From: Pseudomonadales bacterium
GTDB lineage: Bacteria; Pseudomonadota; Gammaproteobacteria; Pseudomonadales; M0112
Direction of reading: 5' to 3'
Assembly: GCA_036568505.1 (NCBI GenBank)
Contig: DATCSK010000027.1
Span: forward strand, 8,828 to 72,827
DNA: 64,000 nucleotides
Part shown: in pieces, positions 10,133 to 19,444 of the stretch
How the letters are laid out: each line of letters begins with the position of its first letter
Position numbering within the stretch: the stretch's first letter is position 1
Translations under genes and position numbers: made by a program
The notes under the pieces: model-generated
What the model saw: only the letters and a program-made list of their open reading frames with translations
What the model was told of the DNA's origin: nothing
The model's database searches: none

Positions 10133-11413
10133 TCAGAAGCTAACGCCAATACCCAAGTTAAAGCCATCGTAGGCATCGTTGCCTTTGGGCGCATTCTGGA
10201 ACTGGTAATCGGCCTTCAGCACCACCTGCTCATGCAGCCAGTAATTGATACCCACATCCCACTCCTCATAACGGGTGTTATTACCGCCTGCACCCGCCTG
10301 ATTGTCCCATTCACTGTAACGCGTGAAAACACCCACTGCTTCGCTAAAGCGCCAGGACGGCTCGATATACCAACCTTCCTGCACGTTCGCACCCAAAGCC
10401 ACTTGCTCGATATCGTTATTGATATCCCAGCGCGCGATCAATGCACGCAAGCCGAACGGGCCGCTCTCATACACTGCATGCGCTTCGTACAGCCAAGCAT
10501 CGATATCTTCGCGATTGCCCAAGGCATCAATAAAGTTATCCTGATAAATATCTTGCTGATACTGCACGGTAGTCGCCAATTCCAACCCTGCAATACCGGT
10601 GTACTTCAAGCGGCCGGTATACGCCAATGCATTCGCTTCGGCTTCAGACACTTTCTGACGTCCATCACGCACTTTATAGTCGTAGGTTGCGGGCACACCC
10701 GTCACATCGGTATCCAGCCCCAAGCCACTGGTCACCGCTATGTCGTACCCGACACCCGGCACCACTTCACCACCAAGAGCCACACCGCCTTCCCACCACG
10801 TGGTCGGGATAATGTTTTTCTCTACGTTATTGCGCTCAACGCCGTAAAACGTATTCGGTTCGTGCGTTTCGTTGAGAATACCCACCGGCACCAGAAACAA
10901 ACCCGCTGTCGCGTGCTGCGTATCACTCAAATCGTATTCGATGTAAGCCTGTTCAAGTTCGACTTCACCGTTCTGATCATCACCTGCCACACTGTGCTCC
11001 AGCTCGATTTCAGAGAAAAAGCGCAGACGGTCATTGAACTCATGACCCAAGAACACCACGAAACGGTGGAAGTCTATCTCGTTTTTGTCGTTATCTTTGC
11101 CAGGCACATTGTTTTGATTTTCAAGATTGTTGTAATGCATCTCGGCATAGCCACCGACGGTGGTTTTCGCAGCCCAATTATCCAAGCCTGACGAAGAGGC
11201 GCTGACGGTTTCAACCGCCGTAGCCGTTGCTTCTACTTTAATGTCTGTTTCATGCAGCTGGGTTTGCTGTTTTTCCAATTGTTGCTGCAATACGCGGATT
11301 TGCTCTTGCTGCTGCTGAATGATTTTCCACATTTCTTCTGTGCTGGGAGCCGCCAACGCCGGCATCGCCAGCAATGCCGCAGTCAACCCCACAACCAATG
11401 GCTTGTGCATCAT
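10133..11413 (-). CDS. Outer-membrane porin with N-terminal coiled-coil segment
   Basis: Signal peptide MMHKPLVVGLTAALLAMPALA. A Gln-rich heptad segment is followed by alternating beta-strand sequence ending in a terminal Phe (GIGVSF). AGGGGA RBS. Confidence 0.65.
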   Translation of the reverse strand: MMHKPLVVGLTAALLAMPALAAPSTEEMWKIIQQQQEQIRVLQQQLEKQQTQLHETDIKVEATATAVETVSASSSGLDNWAAKTTVGGYAEMHYNNLENQNNVPGKDNDKNEIDFHRFVVFLGHEFNDRLRFFSEIELEHSVAGDDQNGEVELEQAYIEYDLSDTQHATAGLFLVPVGILNETHEPNTFYGVERNNVEKNIIPTTWWEGGVALGGEVVPGVGYDIAVTSGLGLDTDVTGVPATYDYKVRDGRQKVSEAEANALAYTGRLKYTGIAGLELATTVQYQQDIYQDNFIDALGNREDIDAWLYEAHAVYESGPFGLRALIARWDINNDIEQVALGANVQEGWYIEPSWRFSEAVGVFTRYSEWDNQAGAGGNNTRYEEWDVGINYWLHEQVVLKADYQFQNAPKGNDAYDGFNLGIGVSF

Positions 11414-11466
11414 GATTCCCCTGATTCCAGTCATCGAATACGGCCCGGACCCCCGAACCGGTCGAG

Positions 11467-11495
11467 ACTATAATCAGAATCATTACCAAATGCAA
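11467..11495 (-). promoter_or_regulatory. Sigma-70 type promoter of the porin operon
   Basis: On the minus strand: TTGCAT, 17 nt, TATAGT, about 50 nt upstream of the porin start. Confidence 0.6.
11469..11487. promoter_or_regulatory. Fur box
   Basis: TATAATCAGAATCATTACC matches the 19-mer Fur consensus GATAATGATAATCATTATC at 15/19. It covers the -10 and spacer of the predicted promoter. Confidence 0.7.
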
Positions 11496-11510
11496 ATAAT
11501 TATCATTTGA
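11492..11510. promoter_or_regulatory. Second, weaker Fur-like site
   Basis: GCAAATAATTATCATTTGA matches the Fur consensus at 12/19 and overlaps the -35. Confidence 0.35.
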
Positions 11511-11528
11511 TATTGTTGGCGCCCGCCC

Positions 11529-11554
11529 AAAAAAAAGCCCCGCCTAAGCGGGGC
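11529..11554 (-). terminator. Intrinsic terminator of grxD
   Basis: On the minus strand: GCCCCGC-ttag-GCGGGGC followed by T8. Confidence 0.8.
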
Positions 11555-11571
11555 TCTGATTCGTTTTTGAT

Positions 11572-11892
11572 TCACTCCTGGGGCGATGCCGCACGCAACA
11601 AGGGCTCGAGTTCACCGCTTTCGTGCATTTCACAAACGATATCGCAACCGCCGATCAATTCCCCTTTTACCCATAATTGCGGGAACGTTGGCCAGTTAGC
11701 ATAAGCGGGCAAGTTCGCGCGAATCTCCGGATGACTCAAGACATCAACATAAGCAAAGCGCTGGCCGCATGCCATCAAGGCTTCGACCGTACGCGCTGAA
11801 AAGCCGCACTGCGGCATGTTCGGACTACCTTTCATGTACAGAATAACGGCATTGCTCTCGATCTGTTCTTTGATGGTATCCATGATGTCCAT
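11572..11892 (-). CDS. grxD: Monothiol glutaredoxin (Grx4 family)
   Basis: CGFS active site in PQCGFSARTVEAL; 106 aa. Confidence 0.9.
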   Translation of the reverse strand: MDIMDTIKEQIESNAVILYMKGSPNMPQCGFSARTVEALMACGQRFAYVDVLSHPEIRANLPAYANWPTFPQLWVKGELIGGCDIVCEMHESGELEPLLRAASPQE

Positions 11893-12153
11893 AGTACTGC
11901 CCTACCTCTAGCGATGACTGAAACAAAGGCGGCTATGCTAGCATAAACACTGTATTGACCCGAGCCCGACCGTCGGCTTTTTCGGCCTTTTTCAAGCGCC
12001 GATACCCTTGTTTAAAGTCAGGGTTCCAAACACTTCCAAAATGCAAACGCACGGCGCAGCATGAACCCTTGATGCACTCGACTGCAACCGCCGTCACCCC
12101 CACCCTGCATGGGTTTGCCAAGCCATTTTCTTGCCTATATCATGGCTTTTTGT

Positions 12154-12179
12154 AGGCAGCCCGAGCTGCCTTTTGTTTT
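12154..12179 (+). terminator. Terminator-like hairpin 30 nt upstream of argD
   Basis: AGGCAGC-ccga-GCTGCCT followed by TTTTGTTTT on the plus strand. Its function is unknown (see findings). Confidence 0.4.
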
Positions 12180-12209
12180 CCTACTCGTTGTAACAGTTGA
12201 CCTGCCATC

Positions 12210-13391
12210 ATGAATGACCACGGTTTGATGAATACCTATGCCCGGTTGCCAGTGACCTTTGAGCGCGGCGAAGGCGTGCGCCTGTTTGACACCGAAGGCA
12301 AGGTCTATCTGGACGCTTTGAGCGGTATTGCCGTCACCGGCCTGGGCCATGCGCACCCGGCCGTCACTCGCACCCTGCAAACACAGGCCAGCCGTCTGCT
12401 GCACGTGTCGAATATTTATCACATTCAAGAACAGGAACGTGCGTCCGAGGCACTACTCGCCGCATCCGGCATGCAGCGTGCGTTTTTCTGCAATTCCGGT
12501 GCCGAAGCCAATGAAGCGGCTATCAAACTGGCTCGCCTGCACGGCCACCAGAAAGGCATTCACGAACCCGCCATTGTCGTGATGGAGGGCGCCTTCCACG
12601 GTCGTACACTGGCAACGCTCAGCGCCTCCGGCAACCGCAAAATACAGGCCGGCTTCGAACCGCTCGTCAATGGCTTTGTTCGCGCACCGTATAACGATCT
12701 GGAAGCGCTGCGTCATATTGCCGCCAATAATCAGCGTGTGGTCGCTGTGTTGGTCGAGCCGATTCAGGGTGAAGGCGGCGTACGCGTACCCGATGCCAAT
12801 TATTTAAGTGGCTTGCGGCAAATCTGCGACGCCCACGGTTGGTGGTTGATGCTTGATGAAGTGCAAACCGGCAACGGTCGTACCGGCAGTTATTTCGCTT
12901 GTCAGCAGCAAGGCGTCGTGCCCGATGTCATTACCACCGCCAAAGGATTGGGTAATGGCCTGCCTATCGGCGCTTGCCTGACCTATGGTGAGGCAACTTT
13001 CGGACCGGGCCAACACGGCTCCACCTTCGGCGGCAACCCCTTGGCTTGCGCCGTCGCGCACACCGTGGTCAACACCATCATGAACGACAAGCTGGCCGCA
13101 CAAGCCGCACAGCAAGGCGAGGCACTTCGGCAAGGGTTGCGCGCAAAACTGGCCAACGTGCCCGGCGTTGTCACCGTGCGCGGCCTCGGCCAGATGACCG
13201 GCATTGAGTTGAACATCCCGTGCGGAGAGCTCGTTAAACAGGCGCTCACGGCAGGCCTGCTCATCAACGTGACGCATGAAAAAACCATTCGCTTGCTGCC
13301 TTCGCTGATTTACAGCCAGGCCGAAACGGATGAATTGATTGATCGCCTGTGTCCGCTCATTGAGCAATTCACCCAAACAAAAGCTGCCTGA
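12210..13391 (+). CDS. argD: Acetylornithine aminotransferase (class III PLP aminotransferase)
   Basis: PLP-lysine region [15 protein letters not shown]. Directly upstream of argF. A succinylornithine-specific paralogue cannot be excluded. Confidence 0.8.
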   Translation: MNDHGLMNTYARLPVTFERGEGVRLFDTEGKVYLDALSGIAVTGLGHAHPAVTRTLQTQASRLLHVSNIYHIQEQERASEALLAASGMQRAFFCNSGAEANEAAIKLARLHGHQKGIHEPAIVVMEGAFHGRTLATLSASGNRKIQAGFEPLVNGFVRAPYNDLEALRHIAANNQRVVAVLVEPIQGEGGVRVPDANYLSGLRQICDAHGWWLMLDEVQTGNGRTGSYFACQQQGVVPDVITTAKGLGNGLPIGACLTYGEATFGPGQHGSTFGGNPLACAVAHTVVNTIMNDKLAAQAAQQGEALRQGLRAKLANVPGVVTVRGLGQMTGIELNIPCGELVKQALTAGLLINVTHEKTIRLLPSLIYSQAETDELIDRLCPLIEQFTQTKAA

Positions 13392-13392
13392 C

Positions 13393-14316
13393 ATGACCCC
13401 TGTTCGCCATTTCCTGACACTGTCCGATTGCACACCTGCCGAGCTCGAATCGATTATCGAGCGCGCCATCGCACTGAAACAATTGCTGCGCGAAGGCACA
13501 CCGCATGAAACGCTGCATAACCGCATTCTGGCCATGGTGTTCGAAAAAGCCTCGACACGCACCCGTGTCTCGTTTGAAGTCGGCATGGCCCAGCTGGGCG
13601 GCCAATCGCTCTTTTTATCGCCTCGCGATACACAACTCGGTCGCGGCGAGCCCGTCTCAGATAGCGCACGCGTACTGTCGTCCATGGTCGACATCATCAT
13701 GGTGCGCACCTTCGAACACAGCATCATTGACGATTTTGCACGCTACTCTTCCGTTCCCGTCATTAATGGCCTGACCGATGATTGCCACCCTTGTCAGCTG
13801 CTGGCCGACATCCAGACCTTCGTTGAGAAACGCGGCAGCATTCGTGGCAAAACCGTGGCCTGGGTAGGCGACTGCAATAACATGTGTCGTACCTACATCA
13901 ACGGCAGTCGTGCGTTTGGCTACACCATGAAATTGGCCTGCCCCAAAGGTTATGGGCCCGATAAATCACTGCTGGCCAATAACAGCGCCGTGCAGTTGGC
14001 GAACAGCCCCACCGAAGCAGTCCAAGATGCCGATTTGGTCGTTACGGATGTATGGTTTTCCATGGGCCAAGAGTCCGAACGCAGTCAGCGCTTACCGCTG
14101 TTCACCGGCTATCAAGTCAACCCGGCACTGATGAGCCACGCCAAACCCGACGCCCTGTTCATGCATTGCCTGCCTGCCCATCGCGGCGAGGAAGTCAGTC
14201 ACGACATGCTCGATGACCCGCGCTCGGCGGTATGGGACGAAGCCGAAAATCGCCTCCACACACAGAAAGCACTGATGGAGTTCTTGCTGAATCCGGCACG
14301 CAACACCGCTCAGTAA
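13393..14316 (+). CDS. argF: Ornithine carbamoyltransferase
   Basis: [20 protein letters not shown] and [12 protein letters not shown] motifs. Start set at [12 protein letters not shown]. Confidence 0.9.
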   Translation: MTPVRHFLTLSDCTPAELESIIERAIALKQLLREGTPHETLHNRILAMVFEKASTRTRVSFEVGMAQLGGQSLFLSPRDTQLGRGEPVSDSARVLSSMVDIIMVRTFEHSIIDDFARYSSVPVINGLTDDCHPCQLLADIQTFVEKRGSIRGKTVAWVGDCNNMCRTYINGSRAFGYTMKLACPKGYGPDKSLLANNSAVQLANSPTEAVQDADLVVTDVWFSMGQESERSQRLPLFTGYQVNPALMSHAKPDALFMHCLPAHRGEEVSHDMLDDPRSAVWDEAENRLHTQKALMEFLLNPARNTAQ

Positions 14317-14372
14317 GCACCTCCGGCGGCTCACCCGCCAGCCGAATTTACCCCACGCTTCCCTCCTGCGAC

Positions 14373-14381
14373 TTATCCACA
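14373..14381 (+). promoter_or_regulatory. DnaA box upstream of nrdA
   Basis: Exact 9-mer TTATCCACA. DnaA control of nrdAB is known in E. coli. Confidence 0.5.
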
Positions 14382-14419
14382 GGAAACCCACCTTTTTTGA
14401 TCTTGCAAAGACACCAAAA

Positions 14420-14435
14420 CCGCATTATCTTGTAC
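14420..14435. promoter_or_regulatory. NrdR box 1 (nrdA)
   Basis: CCGCATTATCTTGTAC matches about 10/16 of the NrdR palindrome acaCwAtATaTwGtgt. Its centre is 31 bp from box 2. It overlaps a possible promoter TTGCAA-17-TATCTT. Confidence 0.45.
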
Positions 14436-14450
14436 CTCCGAGACAAAAAA

Positions 14451-14466
14451 CCCCTATATGTTGGGG
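14451..14466. promoter_or_regulatory. NrdR box 2 (nrdA)
   Basis: CCCCTATATGTTGGGG is a palindrome whose core CTATATGTTG matches the NrdR core at 9/10. Confidence 0.65.
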
Positions 14467-14562
14467 TTTGCGTCAGGAGCATGATCCCGGATGAACAGGC
14501 CGAAAATGAAAAAAACCAGCCTGCTCAGCGGCTTAGCGTCGGCTCCGGTGACGGTTATTCGT

Positions 14563-14585
14563 AAGCCCGCAGATTGCGGGTTTTT
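14563..14585 (+). terminator. Terminator-like hairpin inside the nrdA leader
   Basis: CCCGCA-gat-TGCGGG followed by T5, about 95 nt before the nrdA ATG. Confidence 0.4.
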
Positions 14586-14679
14586 CCGTCCCGACCCAAG
14601 CCCCCATGCCCTGTCCAACACAGACTAATTCAATAGAGCATATGCCCGAGTGGCACCAATAAGGATATGGAGAGGCAGC

Positions 14680-17559
14680 ATGCAGACCCAAAGCGAATCA
14701 CGTTCCAACCCCTCAGCCCCCGTCAGCCCCGGTCATGGAGGTTCTGACATGGACATGGCTGCCACAGCCCCGGGTCACTTGCGCGTCATCAAACGCAACG
14801 GCACCGTCGTGCCTTACGAGGACAGCAAGATTGCCGTCGCCATGACCAAAGCCTTTTTGGCGGTCGAGGGCGGTACGGCAGCCGCCTCCAGCCGTATTCA
14901 CGAACTGGTCAACGAACTGGCCACTCAGGTCAGTGCAACCTTTAACCGTCGCATGCCCTCGGGCGGCTCGGTCCACATTGAAGAAATCCAGGATCAGGTC
15001 GAGCTCACCTTAATGCGCAGCGGCGAGCAAAAAATTGCCCGTGCCTATGTGCTCTACCGTGAAGAACAAAATCGCAAACGCGCACAGCAAGGCGAAGCGG
15101 CTCCGGCCATTGATGCGCGCGCCGCCGGCATTCATGTCGTTCATCTCGACGGCCATCGCGCACCGCTGGATGTGGTGCGCTTACGCACGGTCATCGATGA
15201 AGCCTGCATGAACCTGGAGCATGTCGATGCCAATCGCATCTTTGAAGAATCCCTGAAAAACCTCTACGACGGCGTATCGGCCGATGATGTCGGCACCTCA
15301 CTGGTTATTACTGCGCGCACCTTGGTAGAAGAAGAGCCCAACTACACCTACGTCACCGCACGCCTTCTGATGGATAAATTGCGTGCCGAAGCACTGAACT
15401 TTCTGGGCATTGCCAAAGTGGCTACCCAAGCCGAAATGCGTACGTTCTACCCACAAGCGCTGGCGGCTTATATCGCCAAAGGTGTTGAACTCGAGCTGCT
15501 CTCACCGAGCCTGCGAAACTTTGACCTCAAGCGCCTGGGCGCCGCACTGAAGCCCGAGCGTGATTTGAACTTCACCTATCTGGGCTTGCAGACCCTCTAC
15601 GACCGCTACTTTATTCATAGCCGCGACACCCGCTTCGAGTTGCCGCAAGTATTTTTCATGCGCGTTGCCATGGGTTTGGCCGAAGCCGAAAACGACCCGA
15701 ATGCCCGCGCCATTGAGTTCTATGAACTGCTGTCATCGTTTGACTACATGTCGTCAACCCCCACCTTGTTCAATGCCGGCACACTGCGCCCGCAACTGTC
15801 ATCGTGCTATCTGACGACGGTTCCGGATGATCTGGATGGCATCTTCCAGGCCATCCATGACAACGCCATGCTCTCCAAGTGGGCCGGCGGTCTGGGCAAT
15901 GACTGGACACCCGTTCGCGGCCTGGGTGCGCGCATCAAGGGCACCAACGGCAAAAGCCAAGGCGTGGTGCCGTTCCTGAAAGTCGTCAATGACACCGCCG
16001 TTGCGGTCAATCAGGGCGGCAAGCGCAAAGGCGCCGTTTGTGCCTACCTTGAAACCTGGCATATCGATATTGAAGAGTTTATTGAGTTACGCAAAAACAC
16101 CGGCGATGACCGTCGACGCACACACGACATGAACTCTGCCAACTGGATTCCCGATTTGTTCATGAAGCGCGTGATCAACGACGGCGACTGGCTGCTGTTC
16201 TCGCCAAACGACGTGCCGGATCTGCACGACCTCTACGGTCAAGCGTTTGAACAGCGTTATGAACAGTATGAAAAAATGGCTGCAGACGGCACCATCAAAC
16301 TGTTCAAACGCATCAAGGCGGTGAGCCTGTGGCGCAAAATGCTGGCCATGCTGTTTGAAACAGGACACCCGTGGGTCACCTTTAAAGACCCCTGCAATAT
16401 TCGCTCGCCACAAGGCCATACGGGTGTCGTGCATTCCTCCAACCTGTGCACCGAAATCACACTCAACACCAGTGCCGATGAAATTGCTGTGTGCAACCTG
16501 GGCTCCGTCAATCTCGCGCAACACATCACGGATGACGGCAAGCTGGACATCGACAAACTGGGCAAAACCGTTCGCACCGCCGTGCGCATGCTCGATAACG
16601 TGATCGATATTAACTACTACTCGGTACCGCAAGCACGCACATCCAATATGCGTCATCGCCCGGTAGGCTTGGGCATCATGGGCTTTCAGGATGCCTTGTA
16701 TCGACAACACATTGCCTACTCCTCAGCCGAGGCCGTCGCATTTGCCGATCAATCCATGGAAGCCGTCAGCTATTTTGCGATTGAAGCATCGTCTGCACTG
16801 GCCGCTGAACGCGGTCGTTACAGCAGCTTTGAAGGCTCGCTTTGGAGTCGCGGCATCCTGCCCATCGACAGCATTAAATTGTTACGTAAAGAACGCGGCA
16901 GCGACTTCCTCAATATGGATGAAAGCCAGACACTGGATTGGGACAGCCTACGCCAGACGGTGAAAACACAAGGCATGCGCAATTCCAATGTCATGGCGAT
17001 TGCACCGACGGCCACCATTGCCAACATCACCGGCGTATCGCAATCGATTGAACCGACATATCAAAACCTGTATGTGAAATCGAACCTCTCCGGCGAATTC
17101 ACCGTGGTAAATCCGTATCTGGTACGCGACCTGAAAAACCGTGGCCTGTGGGACAAAGTGATGGTCAACGATCTCAAATACTACGAAGGCAGTGTGCAGA
17201 AAATCGACCGTATCCCGGCCGATTTGAAAGCCCTCTACGCCACGGCATTTGAAGTCGAGCCACGCTGGTTGGTGGAAGCCGCCAGCCGCCGTCAAAAATG
17301 GATTGATCAGGCGCAGTCGCTGAACCTCTATATCGCCGAGGCCAGCGGCAAGAAGCTCGACATCACCTATAAAATGGCTTGGTTGTCAGGCCTCAAAACC
17401 ACTTACTACCTGCGCGCACTGAGTGCTACCGCGACAGAGAAGTCCACCATCACGACCGGTGCATTGAACGCCGTGTCCAGTGGCTCTGACGCTGTTGAAG
17501 CCGCACCGGTACCGCAGGCCTGTTCACTGGATGACCCCGACTGCGAAGCTTGTCAGTAA
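14680..17559 (+). CDS. nrdA: Class Ia ribonucleotide reductase alpha subunit
   Basis: ATP-cone RVIKRNGTVVPYEDSKI plus a second degenerate cone. Catalytic SSNLCTEITLNT. C-terminal Cys pair CSLDDPDCEACQ. GGAGAGG RBS. Confidence 0.95.
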   Translation: MQTQSESRSNPSAPVSPGHGGSDMDMAATAPGHLRVIKRNGTVVPYEDSKIAVAMTKAFLAVEGGTAAASSRIHELVNELATQVSATFNRRMPSGGSVHIEEIQDQVELTLMRSGEQKIARAYVLYREEQNRKRAQQGEAAPAIDARAAGIHVVHLDGHRAPLDVVRLRTVIDEACMNLEHVDANRIFEESLKNLYDGVSADDVGTSLVITARTLVEEEPNYTYVTARLLMDKLRAEALNFLGIAKVATQAEMRTFYPQALAAYIAKGVELELLSPSLRNFDLKRLGAALKPERDLNFTYLGLQTLYDRYFIHSRDTRFELPQVFFMRVAMGLAEAENDPNARAIEFYELLSSFDYMSSTPTLFNAGTLRPQLSSCYLTTVPDDLDGIFQAIHDNAMLSKWAGGLGNDWTPVRGLGARIKGTNGKSQGVVPFLKVVNDTAVAVNQGGKRKGAVCAYLETWHIDIEEFIELRKNTGDDRRRTHDMNSANWIPDLFMKRVINDGDWLLFSPNDVPDLHDLYGQAFEQRYEQYEKMAADGTIKLFKRIKAVSLWRKMLAMLFETGHPWVTFKDPCNIRSPQGHTGVVHSSNLCTEITLNTSADEIAVCNLGSVNLAQHITDDGKLDIDKLGKTVRTAVRMLDNVIDINYYSVPQARTSNMRHRPVGLGIMGFQDALYRQHIAYSSAEAVAFADQSMEAVSYFAIEASSALAAERGRYSSFEGSLWSRGILPIDSIKLLRKERGSDFLNMDESQTLDWDSLRQTVKTQGMRNSNVMAIAPTATIANITGVSQSIEPTYQNLYVKSNLSGEFTVVNPYLVRDLKNRGLWDKVMVNDLKYYEGSVQKIDRIPADLKALYATAFEVEPRWLVEAASRRQKWIDQAQSLNLYIAEASGKKLDITYKMAWLSGLKTTYYLRALSATATEKSTITTGALNAVSSGSDAVEAAPVPQACSLDDPDCEACQ

Positions 17560-17566
17560 CAAGGAC

Positions 17567-17597
17567 ACTGCACCGGCCCAAGAGCCGGTGCAGTTTT
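17567..17597 (+). terminator. Intrinsic terminator directly after nrdA
   Basis: ACTGCACCGGC-ccaaga-GCCGGTGCAGT followed by TTTT, 8 nt after the nrdA stop. Confidence 0.75.
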
Positions 17598-17604
17598 CCG
17601 GCTC

Positions 17605-19314
17605 ATGAATAAACGCCCGATCCACCTACACGCCGACCGCTGGGCGTGGCTCGTGTTATTTGCGTTATTCACTGCGATTATTCTTTATTCTGCACGCTCC
17701 ACCCCACTGACATTTGATTCGGCGCGTCATGCCCTGATTGCACGCAATGTGATCGAAGGGCACGGGTTTGTCGTCAGCTACCCCGACTACACGCCCCTCA
17801 CCATCACCAGCAGCGGCCCCACCCTGATACTGCCCGCCGCCCTCATCATGGCATTGACTGGAAACCAGCTATGGGTGCCGGCTTTTGCATCGGCCATATT
17901 GAATTGCAGCCTGCTCGGTATTTTTCTGTTTTACCTGCAACGCATACTGTCATCGCCTCGGAGAATGGCCGCAACAACAGCATTGCTGCTTTTTTTCTTT
18001 CTATGGTACGAGCCCATTTGGTGGACCCATTTCATCGGCGAAACCAGCGCCCTGCTCTGCCTGTTGATTGCCTGCGCCATGGCAACCAACATTCCCAGAC
18101 CTGATGCCTACAAGCACTACGGCCTGATTGGCATGATGCTGGCCTTTTCATTGCTTGCCCGCCCCATGACCATTCCCGGCATCGCAGGCCTGGGAACCTA
18201 TCTCCTGATCGCGCATATTCAGTATTACAAAGGTCGTATTTGCTGGAAAAACCTGGGGTTAATGCTGGCTGCAGGCTTGTTCGGCCTCATCATCGCCGAG
18301 ATGCCTTTCCGTTTTTACGAGGCATGGACCGTCGCGCAATACGATTCGGTCACCTACGGGCAATTCTGGGGTACGTTTATTGAGGCTTATGCCAACACGT
18401 CATCATCAGGTGTCCGCCATTTCCTGTCGGGTCACGCCGAAAACCCATTTCTCATTAACGCCAAGGCAAACCTCCAGTTATTTTCCACTGTCATGCACCG
18501 TTATGGCATCAACAACATCTTGGCGCTCGCCATCTGGGCGGGTGCCCTCATGGCCGGCTTAACGCTGTCGCTGCGCGCAAAAACCAAACTGGATCGCTTG
18601 AGCGGCATCGTAGGCTGGGGCTTGTTTTATTACAGCCTCTGGTTTTTCTTTTTGTGCCAAAGTGCTGGCATGGATCGCTACCTGATTCACCCCATATTAA
18701 TGGCGCTCATACTCATTACGTTGCTATGCGCACGTTACAGAAATATTTTAAGCACTACGATGCTCATCGGCACACTCTGCCTTGTTATGCCAACGGCCCA
18801 AAGCACACTCCTCAAGCAAATGATCACCTTCGCGGATATTGGCTGGATGGAAGGGCATAGCACCCAATACAATACTGAAGTCATTACGACTGCCGATTTC
18901 ATTGCTTCCCATTCCTTTACTTTTCCTCTCATGAACTGCGGATGGATTGGATCGACTCCCGAGTTGGAGTACCTGCTGCCCCGCACCGGCAATTTCCAAG
19001 ATTGTTTTGATGTCATTGAAGCCGCACTCGTGCCGGCCGAAAATACCACGGACCCTCAACATGCCTACCGTTGGAGGCAGCCCGTCAATTTCACGCTGGT
19101 GATTAACAAACTCCAATGGCGATTTGCCAAATTTTTCGTACCCAACCGGATACGCCATAAAACGCTCATTCAGGCTTGCGCACCCCAACCGGTGTACGAC
19201 TCCCTCTTATACCAGATCCTGGATTGCCCCTTCGAGGCTCTAGCCAAGACCATCCCGACGGACCGCAACACCCCCTTCATCGGCACCCCGCACGAATGGC
19301 TCAAAACCAATTGA
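17605..19314 (+). CDS. Polytopic membrane protein, putative GT-C fold (ArnT/PMT-like) glycosyltransferase
   Basis: At least 10 hydrophobic segments over about 400 aa, then a roughly 170 aa soluble C-terminal domain. The first loop, TFDSARHALIARNVIEGHGF, resembles the DE..Y..A motif loop of ArnT/PMT_2 enzymes. Lower GC than nrdA and nrdB. Confidence 0.45.
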   Translation: MNKRPIHLHADRWAWLVLFALFTAIILYSARSTPLTFDSARHALIARNVIEGHGFVVSYPDYTPLTITSSGPTLILPAALIMALTGNQLWVPAFASAILNCSLLGIFLFYLQRILSSPRRMAATTALLLFFFLWYEPIWWTHFIGETSALLCLLIACAMATNIPRPDAYKHYGLIGMMLAFSLLARPMTIPGIAGLGTYLLIAHIQYYKGRICWKNLGLMLAAGLFGLIIAEMPFRFYEAWTVAQYDSVTYGQFWGTFIEAYANTSSSGVRHFLSGHAENPFLINAKANLQLFSTVMHRYGINNILALAIWAGALMAGLTLSLRAKTKLDRLSGIVGWGLFYYSLWFFFLCQSAGMDRYLIHPILMALILITLLCARYRNILSTTMLIGTLCLVMPTAQSTLLKQMITFADIGWMEGHSTQYNTEVITTADFIASHSFTFPLMNCGWIGSTPELEYLLPRTGNFQDCFDVIEAALVPAENTTDPQHAYRWRQPVNFTLVINKLQWRFAKFFVPNRIRHKTLIQACAPQPVYDSLLYQILDCPFEALAKTIPTDRNTPFIGTPHEWLKTN

Positions 19315-19396
19315 CCGCCCCCTGCTCGAGGATTCAAAAAGACGCGGCTCACGCATGAAATGGCTAACCCTTTGATCTCACTGGGATTCGCAAAAA

Positions 19397-19412
19397 ACAC
19401 TATATCTAGTGT
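19397..19412. promoter_or_regulatory. NrdR box 1 (nrdB)
   Basis: ACACTATATCTAGTGT matches the NrdR consensus at 15/16 and is a near-perfect palindrome. Confidence 0.8.
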
Positions 19413-19428
19413 TGCCCGACCACTTCTT

Positions 19429-19444
19429 TCCATATATATTGTGA
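19429..19444. promoter_or_regulatory. NrdR box 2 (nrdB)
   Basis: TCCATATATATTGTGA with core at 9/10. Its centre is 32 bp from box 1. It overlaps the -10 of a candidate promoter TTGCCC-17-TATATT. Confidence 0.65.

Noticed and set aside
10232-11191. 319-aa ORF antisense to the porin gene
   Set aside because: The minus-strand product has a signal peptide, beta-barrel periodicity and a terminal Phe. The plus-strand ORF is His/Arg-rich nonsense with no RBS.
11955-12155. 66-aa TTG-initiated ORF ending just before the argD-upstream hairpin
   Set aside because: It has no RBS, a rare start codon and an unconvincing composition. The hairpin is reported separately.
12804-13727. 307-aa minus-strand ORF spanning the argD/argF junction
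   Set aside because: It is antisense to two genes with strong catalytic motifs and crosses their intergenic junction, which is implausible for a real gene.
14481-14564. 27-codon ORF in the nrdA leader as a possible leader peptide
   Set aside because: The AGGAG sits only 1 nt from the ATG, which is too close for normal initiation, and the peptide has no regulatory codon run. It is kept only as a note within the leader finding.
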